Shown one piece after another: positions 1 to 13,651 of a stretch of DNA of 64,000 nt (the stretch's first letter is position 1; every line of letters starts with the position of its first letter). A program made the position numbers and the translations under genes. The stretch is from Takakia lepidozioides. Taxonomy: Eukaryota; Plantae; Bryophyta. The DNA lies in contig CM060734.1 of NCBI GenBank assembly GCA_030704615.1, positions 35,092,001 to 35,156,000 on the forward strand. The letters are read 5' to 3'. The notes under the pieces are model-generated. The model searched no databases and was not told where the DNA came from. It was given only the letters and a program-made list of their open reading frames with translations.

Positions 1-224
1 GTCTTATCTCATTTTAGATAAGCGAGACCATTGCATATCTTAAAAATGTTTTTACACATATAAACTACCCCAGTTTTCTTAAAAAAATTAATAGGTAAAC
101 TGCAGCATTAGGATTGCAGAGAGGGAGAGATCAAGAAACAACAAAAAAAAAAAAAAAAAAGGGTGGGGGAGGGAGTGACTGAGCAGCTGCTAATTGGCCA
201 GTTCTATCAGTGTTGATTTCCTGT

Positions 225-1133
225 TTTTCATCCATACCAGATGAATTTTGGCAATGTTTCATCCATCCTCTAACAATTTTTCATCCATACCGGATGAGCT
301 ACCAAGGGGGACACTGAATTACCTCTAGGATGAGTTTTGATTTTTCATTCCTCTTTTATTGACTTTCATCCATACCGGATGAGTCACCAGAGAATGAGGA
401 ATTACCTCTATGGGGGTTGCCACTGACATCATGTTTTTCATCCATACCAGACAAATTTATGTTTTTATGGTACCACGTGGTAGAACTACTCCTGGACCCA
501 CCAATGCTTTAGTTCAATGGAAGAACTGGTTTTTTTCAGGTCACAATTTTCGCACTACATTAGTCTATGTCCCCTTGTGTGGCCTGATAAAAGTTTTTAC
601 CAAGTGGACAGAGGCTAAGGCGGTTAAGAAGGCCAACGCACAGGTAACTGCTTATTTCATTTGTGAGTATATCTAGAATAGAGAATGGAGCTGCATGAAA
701 AATGTAATATAGAGATGGTAGGAGTATTATGCGGATAATGTGCAAATAAAGGGAGCCGACAATTACTTAAATGCTCTCATTACAAACAGGTACGTAAATA
801 TTTATAGCTATTTTTTTTTTTTTAGCATATGTCGGTAGGGCAATGTCAATTTGGCATTGACAACCTTGACAAATTAGTGCGTTGAATTACCTGTGAGGAT
901 GTAAACCGTTGTCGTGGATGTTATTCCTATTTTTTCATTCTGCTGATGGATTTTTCCAATGGATGAGCTCATGGATGATATTTTTTCTCTGTCATCTAGA
1001 CCGGATGATGTGTACAGCTGTTTATGGCCCTGAACTGATCTTAACTACCCCTAATTATGGTTAATTACGGTGTGAAACCCTAACTCTTACCCTAAAACCT
1101 AATTTTTAACCTAGCTACGGATGAAATCCGTCG
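225..1133. repeat. Dispersed short palindromic motif (TTTTCATCC-atacc-GGATGAG), probable TE subterminal repeats
   Basis: CATCC..GGATG motif recurs at about 230, 282, 367, 437, 993 and 1117, and again at 7205-7310. Confidence 0.45.
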
Positions 1134-2269
1134 GGTTTGAGGGATGTTATGTTTATTGTTCATCCTGCGCGGATTAAAAATTGGGCAAATGCCCTATGTC
1201 GTCTCTCCCGCCATCAAAAGCACGACTCGTGCTTCTGAGCTCGCGGGGAGAGCAATATGGCGTCTGCGTTTTTGTTACTGCCCTGTTTGCTGCATCATAC
1301 CCGTGCTGGGCAATCTCATGGGGATGCGCAATGGTGGCGCTTGGTCTCTCTTGCATGCGGGAGACAATGTTGTGAATGCATCATCTTGTTCCCTCCTCCG
1401 ACCTTTAATTTTTGCAGCGGCGCCTGTGTTGGGAAGTCTCTCTCCCTCTCTTTCTTAACCTTGCAAGCTTGCTTGTATGCCTCATTGCTTCTTTGCTTTG
1501 CTGGAGGCGACTTGCTGGTGGTAATGGCGCACAGCTCTCTTCGCCAATCGCTCAAGGTGCTTTTGGTGACTAGGGTTCCTTCTGTTTTTGTCTTCATCTC
1601 TTGCTTTTGAAGTTCTTAGTTGACATTGATGACAAGTGTGGGGATATGTGATTCACCTGGGGTTCCACAATCCTCACTAACTTGTTGGTTTTTTTGGGAG
1701 CTTGTGATGGGACCAGATGACGATTCCCACTTGCTTTGAATTTTCTTGAGCATGCAGATGTGGATGTGGGCAGAGGAGCCCCTTGTCTTGTTGCGTCTTA
1801 ATATGACTCATGATGACACCAGCCTCGATTTCGGCCCCTCTGCTCCTAGCCTGGCATGCTGCCGCTTCTGTAAGGCTTGTGTTTTGCTGCCGTCTATGGG
1901 GCATCTCAGTTTCAAAGGCCTGTTTTCTGAAGTTTTGCATCCAACCTTTACCTTGTCTTTGGATCCCTGACAGCAGATCCTGTGGATCACTAGGCTAAGT
2001 TACAAATTTGTGGCTCCAGAGGCTCTATGTTTTATGGGTAAGGCGTCAGTGGCCTTGTGTTTTATGCGACGAGGTGGCCTTGAATTTTATGGCAGCAGCC
2101 TGGTAAGGCACTGGCCGACATGTTTCCAGGCCTTCATTTGGTATACAGTGGATCACAGTGAAGTGCTTTTGCAAACCCTAGCATTAGCATATTGAAAAAT
2201 GTGGTGGTAAACTTTCATGGACTCCAGCCAATGTTTTTGGACTTATCATGGCATCAAGCCCGTGACCTG

Positions 2270-2960
2270 CAATTTAAGAACCCAAGATAATTGCTTGACA
2301 GTGCATATCTTGATAAAATTATTGGCCAAGAGGGCCAGGTCTCGGGTACCCAAGATGCTTGCTTGAAGTGCATGTCTTGAATATGTAAAGTGACAGGCTG
2401 GTTTCACATACCCAAGATGCTTTGCTTTGTGCATGACTTGGTATATTTATGACTGGTATGGTAAATTGCTGCAATCTATTTTGTCATGCCGAAGTTGCTT
2501 GCTTGGATGCATGTCCTGAATCTGTAAAGTTGCAGGCCCATTCATATACCCAAGATGTTTAACTTGATGCATATCCTGGTGTAAAAATGGTTGGTAAGGT
2601 AGGATGCAACAACCTATTTTGTCATGCCCAAGATGCTTGCTTGAATGTATGTCTTGAATCTGTAAAATGGCAGGCTGATGCACGTACCCAAGTTGTTTTG
2701 CTTGGTGCATGACCTAGGGTAGTAATGACTGGTCGGTCCATATACCCAAGATGCTTGGTAAGGTAGGCTAACGCAATCTGTTCCGTCATACCCAGGATGC
2801 TTGCTTAAAGTGCATGTCTTGAAGCTGTAAAATTGCAGGTTGGTTTCACGTACCCAAGATGTTTTGCTCTATGCATGTCTTATTGTAGTTGTGATACCAA
2901 ATATTGGTATGAATGGCTGCAGCAGAACACAAGATGCTTGCTTACATGCATGTCTTGTTA
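2270..2960. repeat. Degenerate tandem repeat, unit about 138 bp
   Basis: CCCAAGATGCTTGCTTGAA..TGCATGTCTTGAA..TGTAAA..CAGGCT recurs at about 2349, 2487, 2626, 2790 and 2928. Confidence 0.75.
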
Positions 2961-3599
2961 TCATGATACGTACATAAACAAACCCCGCCCTCCCACCCTG
3001 TTTTATCATGAATGATTGGGTGATGTCAATTTGGAAGCCATGACAAGAATGGAAGTGTTAGATGGTGCCCTGTTTTGGGCTGTTTATGTCTTTAATTGGC
3101 AATAACCCTAGGGGGTCTTGTCCATGTCTTGACATGACATGAATATCTTCCCACTCTCTCCCTCTCTTTTCTCTCCATATACTGGTTCAACACCGGAGCA
3201 TGCGCAAATTACCTGTAAAATGTAGCCCTCATCCTCTATATATATTATCTTAAGGCGGTTCTAGAAGGGGGCCCACCGCCTCATCCCCCTTCTGGAAAGC
3301 TCTAGAAGTATCCCACGTCCTACTTCTATGCTCGCCTCTACACTTGGCCTTACATTTCACCTATTCCAATGTCTGTGCCCTCCTACCCATTGGCCCCTCC
3401 AATGATCTCCTTTTTTTCGACCTTCAGGAACAGTCTTGCCAGGATTTGGGACCCTAGTCATCCATGTAGATGCTCCTTTTCGTCCGTAGTCTCTGTGAGA
3501 TTGTGAATATGTACCCCAAGTTGTCCAAAAATAAAATCAATGAAAGGCCCGAGGCCCTCTAGCACCTTGTTTGAACAAGGGTGACTAGTTGCAGACAGA

Positions 3600-4347
3600 C
3601 TACTTGCCTCAACCACGCCGTCTGACACATTCATAAACTTCTCATGAACCGCCCTAAAACCAGATGGTTCTCACTCATTAATGTCGGCATCTACCAAAGG
3701 CTGGCCCCGGACATACCATACTGTCCCTCCCCCCCCCTGGCTCCTCCCTTGTGTTTGCCCCCACTCACCCTGCACCTGCCCCTCTCGGCTCTACCCTGAC
3801 ATTTTGTTTATCCAGGGCTTACCCATCAACGCCCCCCTACCCGCTTCGCCATCCCAAGATCTCACCATTCACTTTGAGATATCACATACTGCCATGATCG
3901 TTACCCAGCTTCCTCCACCTTAGACAAGAGACAAAAATATGCCCCACTTGTCGTTGTTATCGGCCAACACGGTTGGAACACTGACCCTCTATCTGTTATC
4001 ACAGCCGGAACTAGAGGAGGTATCCATAATGCCAATATCAATGCACTACACAAAACCTTTATATCCCTACCCCCCCAATCCACAAATGTTTTTAAAGCTA
4101 TACACCTCATAGCGCTTCGCTCTCTCAAATTCATTATTACCTATAAGCGACAACTTGAATCCAACCCCTCTTCGTTATCCTAGGGTACACTAGGGTGCCC
4201 TAGGCACCGCTATCCTATGGTTACCCGATGTCCCCCGGACACCTGTTTTCTTTATAAGGCCCACTCCCAAAAGGGGCAGTAGCCATGAGGCGAAGTGGCT
4301 CTTAGTTACGCTGGTTTCGACGTCCGGATCTTCTCTCTCTCTCTCTC
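3600..4347 (+). mobile_element. 3' remnant of an RLE-type non-LTR retrotransposon (Dualen/RandI-like)
   Basis: Frameshifted translation NHAVxHIHKLL...PPWLLP...RLYPDILF...IHFEIS...KYAPL...QHGW...VITAGTRGGIH resembles a restriction-like endonuclease C-terminus. It ends in a structured 3' UTR plus (TC)n. Confidence 0.6.
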
Positions 4348-5799
4348 AGGCGCCACATGGCTATTGCATGCGGGGTCTACTTGCACTCCATGCGCCGGAC
4401 GTGGTTAGTCTTGTTGGTGACGGCTTTAGAAAGGGAATGTTCTAGAATGGAGATAGCATCAGCTAGTGCCTCACTAGTTTAGTTCACGTTACTGAGCAAC
4501 TCAAAATTTGCGCGAGTAAGAACGAGAGGAAGTAGAAAATAAGGTATGAGAGGAGTGAGGCCGACAACAAGGACCAAAATGAAGAGGGAGGTAGCGGTAG
4601 GGGAGGCTCATTGTGGGGTCATGGCGGTAGAGGCTGGTGGCAACTAAGACCAACAAGAGGAGGTTCAAGGCTTCAGGGAGGCTCAAGATACAATTTATTC
4701 TTTAGGTCCCTGGTTTTATGCAGTGTTGTACAAATATATCATATACCCGGGTATACTACCCGACGGGAATATCAGGGTATAACCATTAAACTATAACCGG
4801 ACCCGACGGTTTTACTCATCCGTCATTAGAATATAACCGAAGGCTGCTTACCCTTATCCTATACATAACCGGGGTGTTTGGGTGTGGATATACCCTGCCC
4901 CGGAGGGGGTAAGGATTAGCTCAAAGGTGGCGGGTAAATCATCATTCCACCCTAACCCTTTCTCCAATTGGTTCCAGCCTTGCTCCCACCCTTTTGTAGG
5001 TAATCCACTCAACTGCCTCAGTTGGTCATTGATGGGCCCCACCGCTTTGTACTCACCCTGTATTCAAGCTCGGCCAACCCCCAGTCTTTTGTGGTACTTA
5101 CAAATCAACCCCTCTTGGGGCGCTTCCAAATAACTTGTGCTGGACACCCATGTCCTCTATACAAATCTTAGTTTTGGAGCCCATAAAGTTGTTATATTAT
5201 GGGGAATACTAGAACGTGAGCGTGTGAGTTTGGGCTCACGTCACGTGGGCTCACAACCCAATCCAGCCGTGGACGGAATTGTGGAAGATGTTGGGCCTAA
5301 TATCGTGGGTGCACACCTATATCCGTGGAGATATGTAACGTCCAAAAGGAAAATGCATTATTCAGAGACTTTGTTTCCCTATTTTCGAGGATATATATAT
5401 GTACTGTGTATTCATTCCAATATCACCCTAACCCTATAACCACGACGTTTCTTCCCTAGGCTGGCCTTGGGAGGGCTAAGGTCCCTTGCAAAGACACGAA
5501 TCTTGCAAATGCCTCCGCGTACACTGACAGCTCAAAAGATGGGGGTGGGCTTGAAAGGAAGTCATTGTTTTGATCAGCCGAGAAAGGCGGGGTCGAACCC
5601 AGTGGTCTCTTGAACAGGAGCAGCCAAGTAGAAAACTTTACTGACCAGCAAAAATGAATGGACTTGGAAGATGATCAGTGGAATTTAACTATCATGGAAA
5701 TTGTTAACATTAACAATGACTTACTCACAATCAAGCATAATTCGTAGACATAAAACATGTGCAAAATTTGAAATCTGATTGCATGATAGACTCAAGGCA

Positions 5800-6432
5800 A
5801 GAAATTATGTTTGTGTTGACGCAAGCATAATATCCATCCCAGTAAAACAAATGAAATAGAGCCAGCAGATGGCATCCGACACTCTGCTAGAAAGATGAAC
5901 CCTGAAACTCAAAACAATTTGAACCATCAGCAAAGTGCGAGAGCGGAGGAAATTATGATTGCGTTGACGCAAGCATAATTTCTAGCTCCAAAAAACCAAT
6001 TGAATCGCCCGTGAGATGGTGGCAGAATTGGGAAGAGAGCAATGACATAGCAAAGAAATGAAAATATCCTACGAAGATGGCACCAGAGCAGTGGCAGGAG
6101 GCTGGTGATTATGCTTGCGTCAATCGCCAGGCCTCCTCAAAGGGAACTTTGTTATTAGGAAAAAAAAAAAAAAAAAAAAAAAAACTGGCTTTGAATTATG
6201 CTTTGCGTTGACGCAAGCAAAATTTGCAAGCCTCCTCAAGGGGAAGTTTGCGTGGGAAAAAAAAAAAAAAAAAAAAAACTGGCTTCAAATTATGCTTGTG
6301 TTGACGCAAGCATTAATTCTAGGCCTCCTCAAAGGGAACTTTGAAAAAAGAAAAAAGAAAAAAGAAAAAAGAAAAAAGAAAAAAGAAAAAAAGAAAAATT
6401 GCTGGGAGAGCTGGCTGGGAATTATGCTTGAG
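5800..6432. repeat. Array of imperfect palindromes AATTATGCTTGCGTTGACGCAAGCATAATT interspersed with poly-A tracts
   Basis: Copies at about 5803, 5951, 6108 (partial), 6195, 6288 and 6420 (partial). Confidence 0.65.
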
Positions 6433-7472
6433 TGTATAATTCCCCAAACGGAACTTTGGAAAAGAAAAAAACAAGACTCTACCGGGTATAAGCACCATTT
6501 TTTCTATAACTCGCTATGTGGGCCCAAGATGACATGGCGGGGGTATGTGCTGATGTGGCGACGTTGTATGTGGGCTCACGCTGACCTGACGTGAGCGTGG
6601 GCTCACAGGCTATGCTCATGCCGTAGCGTCGCTGTTGTATGTAGGTTATCCCTCGAATTTTATCAATATTGCAAGCATTGTTGAGTATATCACTCGTATA
6701 TCTTGAATATATAAATGGATAAACAATAAAAATAAAAATATTTAAGTATACCCAATATTTAGGATTTTTACTATTTTTGGATACCTTTCAGATTCTACCA
6801 GCAGTAATATACCCTTATCCGGAGGGTAAATATTATCTTGAAAATATAGTATACCCGGACCCGGAGGGTAAGACAAAATAAATATTCTTCTTACCTGGGC
6901 CGGGAGGGTATGTTTAAAACAATATACCCGCACATCAGTGGTTTTATGTCCCTGGTGAAAGTGGTGGTTGGGCACGAGGAGGGTGGAGGGTGGTGCTATA
7001 CCTACAAGGGATTTCATGTGGAATGGTGAAATATATGCTGATATTATGTTGCAGATGTCTATGTGACTATGATTTTTTCTTCCCATTCTTTAAAAAAAAA
7101 TTCTTACATCCGCAACGGAGTTTGTGGTATGCCATTACGACACCATATGAGTCAAGGTGAATATATATATATATATGCACTCGTTGAAGCAGCAGGTAGA
7201 TGGTCATCCGTAGACACATCATGGAAGGGCTGACTCTTATCTATGTTTTTCATCCATAGGCAAGCTTCTGTCATATCACAAGAGCTCATCCATTCCGAGT
7301 TTCATCCGGGTGTGCAGTGCCCGTTACCTGCGTGGCGTCTGAGAAATTGCAGAAGGGTCGGAGAGAGGGAGGGATTGATCGAGGATTTTGTGTAGAAGTG
7401 TGACGATTATGGTTGTTGGACAGGATTATAAACTTTGAAAGGAGTGGGTGTGGAATTCTTCGTGTTGGGTCG

Positions 7473-10400
7473 ATGGAGTGGAGTAACGTGACAGCGGAGG
7501 AGCTGGTGGATGCACTGAAGGAGGTGGAATGGTCGACACCCCCGCGGCCGCTTGCAGAATTTTTCTCCAAGTTCACCACCCCCAAGACCCAGGCTAAATG
7601 GAATGGTCGCCTCAAATGCAACTTCTACTAGTAAGAATCCGACCACGTGTTTGCATTTTTCTAGAGGTAGGAGAAGTTTGGCGTACAGCACATTCTCTCC
7701 AGAGTCGTGTTCAGAAAGGAAGAGTGACCAACAGCGAAAGATTAAATCAATTTTCAAGCTTTGATTTGTTAAAATCAAGTTTGCTTTTCCCTGGGATTCA
7801 GCGTTCTTGAGAATCTCTAGGGTTTGTGAAAGCTGTCGATCATTGCCACCGGGGTGGTTCAAGTTACTGTCACGGTACAACTCTTCTCAATACATTTTCT
7901 TCTGAGAGTTTACGAGGTTACATCTTTTTGCAGCTGGTAATATCTAGACCACAGCTCTCCGTCATCTTTGATATTCCAGCAATCCCTTGAAAGCGCCTCT
8001 CTAGGCGATCTTAAGCTTGATCTGATTGGTCAACCAATTCACCTGGTGTACAAAGTGCCAACTGCTATTTCCTCGTGGATTTACCCGTCAAGTGCAAGCT
8101 TGCCTCTCTGCACCTTCACGGTTTCTCTCTGGTGTGAATGCTAGACTAGTTCCATAGAAACCCCGATAGGTTCTGAGACGTTTACTTGCTGGAATGGCAC
8201 ATCCAACATGAATAGGGTATAGTCAATGTGTACATGTACCTTGGGATCTCTAACGCTTGACAATGTTTTCAGAGCTTTCAATCTCACAAACTTTAGGGAT
8301 TACCTCAATAACTGACATGTTTGGTGAACTATCTGTCTTGATGTGTGCAGCTACCGCACAAACTACTTCATTCTTGTAACTCTCATTCTTGGTAAGAAGT
8401 TCATGCCTTGTGGGTATCTTGCACCCTAGAATGTTTGAGGAATCAGCTTCGCTGTGATGTCGAGTGGTTGAGCATTGCAATTGGTCCTTGCCCTAACATA
8501 TGTGTGGGCAGTGTCCTAACTAGATAAGCGATTAGTTTCCTTGAAAGGATTCAATAAGAATGCCGATTCTTGACTTCACTATTTTTTTTCACCCTGTAGT
8601 CGCAACACATGATGTGGACAGAGCTTGCTCCAGATTGTCCACAGTACTGAATCCTTTGGTCAATGACTGATGTCTAAGGAGCTGAATTAGATCAGCAGCT
8701 ATCCGTGTAGGAATGTGTGTCACAAACCAATACATCATTTGTTTTAACTCTCAACTGCAAGTTCAGAGTTACTAGGCTCTCATGTAGATACATGTTTGAC
8801 CTCCTCTAAAGACCTCAGATTATTGATCAATGTCACATAATGGTGTCTGACAATGGAATGTGTGGTTTGCATTTATTAGTGATTGGATTTATACGCAATC
8901 CTTTGGCGCTGGTGGGAGTGTTTTTTGCGGGTTTCAGCTTCGCTTGTTTGAATGATAGGTGACTCTTACTCTCCCAATTCACGTTGAGAGCGGAATGCAT
9001 AACATGAATTTAAAAAGATGATCACCATTATCTAGTCTATATTCGAAGAATAGCAGTTGTAGTTCTCGTAAGTGGCTGCAGATGCAATAGGATTACCACC
9101 CAAAGGTGATGATGATGTACTTCAGCTTACCCTTGCATAATCTGCATGCCAAAATCCTGAACCCCACCCATCAGTCCGCACTTATGAAGTGTCCATCCCA
9201 GTAAAGTTACAGCTCCTCGCAATAACTTGGCAGGTCCCAGACTGTTATCTGTTGGTAATAAGACAGGATCCTTTTTATGGATATAATTCTTATGATATTC
9301 TTCATGATAAATCTACAGGTATGACTTCCCTTTTCCTGGATCCCTGTGACTGTTGGTACTTAAGCATTTATACTGCCAGAGCTGAGAGACAGCCTAATTC
9401 TGTCTCCTATGCCGTTCCCTCCCTTTCTCCCTGTTCTAACTATTTATGGTGGGTTCAGTTTTGCAGTGTCATTTAGTGAAAACTTGACACGAGCAATTAG
9501 GCGGATATCGCCCCCTATTGCTGCCAAGTTGCGACCCCCCATTACGTAAGCCTCAAAAGCACTTGTCTTATTTTTTCTCTCTCTCTCTCTCTCTCTCTCA
9601 CCCCTGACAAAAGTAGTTTATGTCCTTTGAGTTCCGCTCTCAAACTGGGTGCGGGGTTAATGGCAAGAAGGCTACGGCAACTAAGATCTTACGAGTACAT
9701 TCTCTCTCTCTCTGAAGTATAGTTTCGCCTTTATCCACTTGTCCGTCCTCACTGTGCTTCATGGCTAAACTGTAGAAATATGAGACCCAAATTGTGTTGT
9801 TTGAGCTCCTATAGTTGATTCCGAACTTTATTACAGGTTATTTGTCCTTGCCTAGTACACTTAAATGATCAAAAATTTGATGTGTGAAGGGCAATAAATT
9901 GTGGTATGCGCAGGACAGGAACCCGAGGCAGGCCACTTAAAGGCACTGTCCATATCGGTGGCAGAGACCGTCGCTTTGTCGTTTTCTGCTTGATTACTGG
10001 TATGCCATCGTTAATCCATTCTAATGTGATTCATATCATATTGAACTAGTGAATGTTGGACATGTCAGTGGATAAAAACCTGGCCGGTGGACCCTTTCAG
10101 TTCATACACCGATGCCTTGTGTTAATCATTGCAAGCATCCTGGCTGCAGGAAGTTGAGTTTGTCATCCCTTCTATTTAATTTTTGTGACAATGCACTGTG
10201 AATACATTGCAGACACTTCGGCTACTGCTTTCCAGCTGAGCAGATACCATTTTAGTTCAAATTGCAATGAGTATTCCAGACAAACTCTTCACTTCCTCAT
10301 GACTCGGGCTTTGAGTAGGGTTTCCAGGATCTCGCAGTGGCTGAACGCCAGAGTCTCAACTGAGTGTCGCTCCTATGTGTCCCTGTTTCTGTCTCTCCCT

Positions 10401-12142
10401 CGTATTGTTCTGATTCATGCAATCTCTCTGGTTCTAAATCTGTTTCCTTTTGATGACTGTGCAGTCAGTGCTCTACTGTGGTTTTATTCTCATGGTGTCA
10501 AAACTGTGTTTGGAGCTTTAGCTCTCGGAGTCCTATGTAAGTATGCCGGGAGTTCTATTGTTCTTTGTGTTAGCACATCTGCATGCATCTTGGGGTGCAG
10601 GGGAGAGGGAGAGAGATTGTACTCATAAGACGTTGTTTGCCGTAGCCTTGTGGCCATTGACCCCGCGCCCAGTTTGAGCGGGAACAAAAGGGACAGAACC
10701 TACCTCTGTCAGGGGCTGACGTTGGTAGTAAGACTTACCTCCAAATAAAGAATTAATCGGGGTTTTCCAGATATCCTCTAGAAATCCCTTCACACAAGCA
10801 TCAATCTGCTGTGTGTGATTTGCCCAAAAACTAGGCCTCAGGAGGGCCTGGGCTTTTGGCTCAGCCTCGAGACTTTCAAAGTTGGTAAACAGGGGTACAG
10901 GCACAATTCCCTTAATAGATTTGAAGAGAGCGTCTCTTTGGTGAGAGAACCCTGGACAGTGTATCAGAAAATGAATACTGTCTTCAGATTGCCCACACAA
11001 CGGGCAATTGCACTCTCCCTTTCCTCTCTGCTTCTGTTTGCTGTTGGAAGGTAGGCTTCCTGCCCTGAGTTTAAATTTCAGTCTAGTGCCGAGAGTGGGT
11101 AGACCCTTGAGGTCATCCAAGATGTCCTCCCCCATGTCACAGACTGGAAACAAGTTCAGGGAAGTTTTCTGCCTAACTTCATTTTCATCAGACAATCTCA
11201 TGGCAACAGACATGGCTGAGGACACTACAGCCTCTAAGTCAGATTTATCCAGCAGGGTCAAGACTTGCAGATCCAGGTCCAGGTCCTTGAGGATCTCTTC
11301 TACTCTCTTCTGCCAGGACTTAGCCTGTTTGACAGGGCGGTCCTGTTTCCAAGATATAGAGTCGATTAACTTAGGATATCTGGTGTTGGGCATATGTTGC
11401 AGCTGACCCGACCATCTGACCTTGAATTCATCTCGTCTGGAGCTTAAGGACGGAATGCCAAACTCACCCCGAACAGTCACATTGGCTGTTTTGGAGCATG
11501 CTGACATACACTCCTTAAGCACCCCCACTTGAATGGATTCTAGAGACTTAGCCTGGTTGGAGTTATCAACCCATATAGCAGATCCGTACTCCAAGGCAGG
11601 TCTAATAACGCGACAAAGCATGGTTTTCTTAACCTCAGAGTTGACCCCTCTGCAGTGGAAAAATTTAGTGAGCCCCAGAGCTTTGCCCTTGCCAGTTTGA
11701 ACAACTTTCCGGATATGTGCATCCCAATTACAATTGGAGGAGAACTCAACGCCCAGGTAAGTGTAGGAAGGGAGGACCGGGATCTCTTGGCTACCCCATT
11801 GCCACTTAAGATCACTTCCTCCCTCTCCTCTGTCGTTGAATGCTACCACTGCACATTTGCTGACATTAGCCTCTAGCCCCCAAAAATCAAAGTGCCAGGT
11901 CATGCTATTCAGGATGGTCTATTGAAGACAACATTCGATGTAGTTCTGCTGCCTCAGTTTACGTGTTTGCCCAAGACCATCTTGAGAATGGTTTGATAGC
12001 TCAATTATTAGCTGAACTGTTGGCTCTGTTTGGTACAGTGTTATTACTTCATGCGAGTTTCCGCACACCGAATCTGAAAGCTCGGCTCAATTCATTCCGG
12101 GAGGAGTTTCGTGCTGTCTGGCGCGGTTACAGTGATGCTTAA
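7473..12142 (+). CDS. PRA1.A: PRA1 family protein, A-type (prenylated Rab acceptor 1), copy 1; 7 exons, 208 aa
   Basis: Exons 7473-7630, 8351-8391, 8880-8958, 9459-9545, 9914-9999, 10465-10536, 12039-12142; all GT-AG; 627 nt in frame. MEWSNVTAEELVDALKEVEWSTPPRP...KCNFYYYRTNYF...HASFRTPNLKARLNSFREEFRAVWRGYSDA* is the plant PRA1.A signature. Confidence 0.95.
9601..9713 (+). mobile_element. Short 3' remnant of the (TC)n-associated LINE in intron 4 of PRA1 copy 1
   Basis: Matches the reverse complement of about 10610-10715 (CCCCTGACA...AAACTGGG...GGCTACGGCAA...TCTTACGAGTACA). Flanked by (TC)n on both sides. Confidence 0.8.
10601..11903 (-). mobile_element. 5'-truncated LINE (RT C-terminus/thumb plus C-terminal CCHC zinc finger) in intron 6 of PRA1 copy 1
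   Basis: Uninterrupted 426-aa frame with ANVSKC, YTYLGV, IRPALEYGSAIW and LRAGSLP..CPLCG..EDSIHFLIHCP. The stop is followed by GTACA and a (TC)n tract. Confidence 0.9.
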
Positions 12143-13651
12143 GTTGTTTCAGTTGTGTCCAAATTTGGAATCTTGGAATGGAACAGTATGGGAGGCTTCG
12201 GTGTTGAATTGGAATAACCAACAAGCTTTTCAGGGGTCACCAGGCAGTTGAGTACGGGGTATGAGTTTATTGTTGGGGTATTGTTGTGTCATTTTTTCAA
12301 GTCAGAGTGAACTGTAAACGTAAGATAGAATGTTTGTTTATCCCTGGGGAAAACAAGCAGGAGCAAAAGAGGACTGAGGTCTGTGTATATACACCAAGAG
12401 AGAAGGCGCTAGTGGTGCTGGTGCTTTGTGCATACAAGATTGCTTTACTGTTATGATTGTCTGATAGTTGCTATATGGGAGCAAGCAGCACAATTTATGC
12501 GCATCCCCTGCAGTGGTTCACAATCACAAGAAACCCACCAAAGCCAAGTAAGGGCCACCCTGAATCCACTAGTTGGAATCAAGGGTGAGTGCCAGAATGT
12601 AGTGGACAAAGGGTTTCCATGTATCCACCCAGAGCCGGCAAATATCCGGTAGCATTATTGGGAAGACATGTTGACCATGCAAGCATTGAATTTTTTCAGC
12701 TGACCTACATTCTGGGATCACCTCAAAATAGTTGGTGCCCGGGTGCCCACTCTTCTGTGGGTTGACCACCAGACGAAAGGGGGTGAGTTGGTGTACATGG
12801 AAACTCACCCACTATCTGGAAGATGTTCTGGAAATGGATATCAACTACAAAACCTCGACGCAGCATGTCAGCATGATGAAAATCCAGTTTGCAAGGGAGC
12901 TGAGCAACACTGATAGACCTACCTCATCTGATGAGCCTTGTAGAAGACAGCAATCAGCATGTCCTAAAGAGACTTCGCCAAAGATCTGCGGATTCATGAC
13001 CCAAGAACACTTACTGGGCATATTCTTTGTAAATTCTTAGATGTATGGAAGAACTATGTTGGGAACTACATGTGATATCTGCACACAACGTTAGCTTGCC
13101 CCGCAAGGAAGGCATATTCGGGCAGCGGGCATACAGAATCTCTCGCAATATTCTGATGCCGTTTCATGGGTTTTGGACTTTGAGCAGCCATAACTTTGTC
13201 CCCTTTTGTGCAATGAAGCTCGGGCAAGTCGGGTTGGAAAGCTCTCCATCTGCACTACAATGTTTGTGTTGGCGGCTCTTCAATCAGACTAGAAGCGAGA
13301 GAGTTACGGCTGTTCGAATAAAACGGTGCCGTAGGACACTAAGTTAGGTCTGCTTCGACTTTGAATGACCTAACTATAGTTTGGACCGAGGTAACTCTGC
13401 AAATGCTACTACAGTTTGATGCTCCCAAGCAGGTTCTCTGTTGGAGCGTGTATGCGTGAGTGGCCTACTCACATCGGCGAAGGCAAGGATCCGAGGAATA
13501 GAAGGAGATTGCAGATATCCAAGGTGCTAGATTGAGAGAGTGAGGGGCTCGTCGAGGATTTGTTTGTAAGTTACACTTGTTGGAGAGGAGGGAAGGATCG
13601 ACGAGTGGTGTTCAGATCCTTAATTTTGAAAGGGAAGGAAAGAGAGGGCCA

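Noticed and set aside
2246-2710. Repeat-protein ORFs with a 46-aa period
   Set aside because: The frames are broken and no domain is recognised; treated as a DNA tandem repeat.
3221-3597. Solo LTR (TG...CA)
   Set aside because: No TSD and no second copy in the window.
6115-6594. Lys-rich 159-aa ORF
   Set aside because: Artefact of poly-A tracts within a repeat array.
7629-7631. Apparent early stop (TAG) after CNFY in both PRA1 copies
   Set aside because: The TAG spans the donor site (TA|GTAAG); splicing restores TAC (Tyr).
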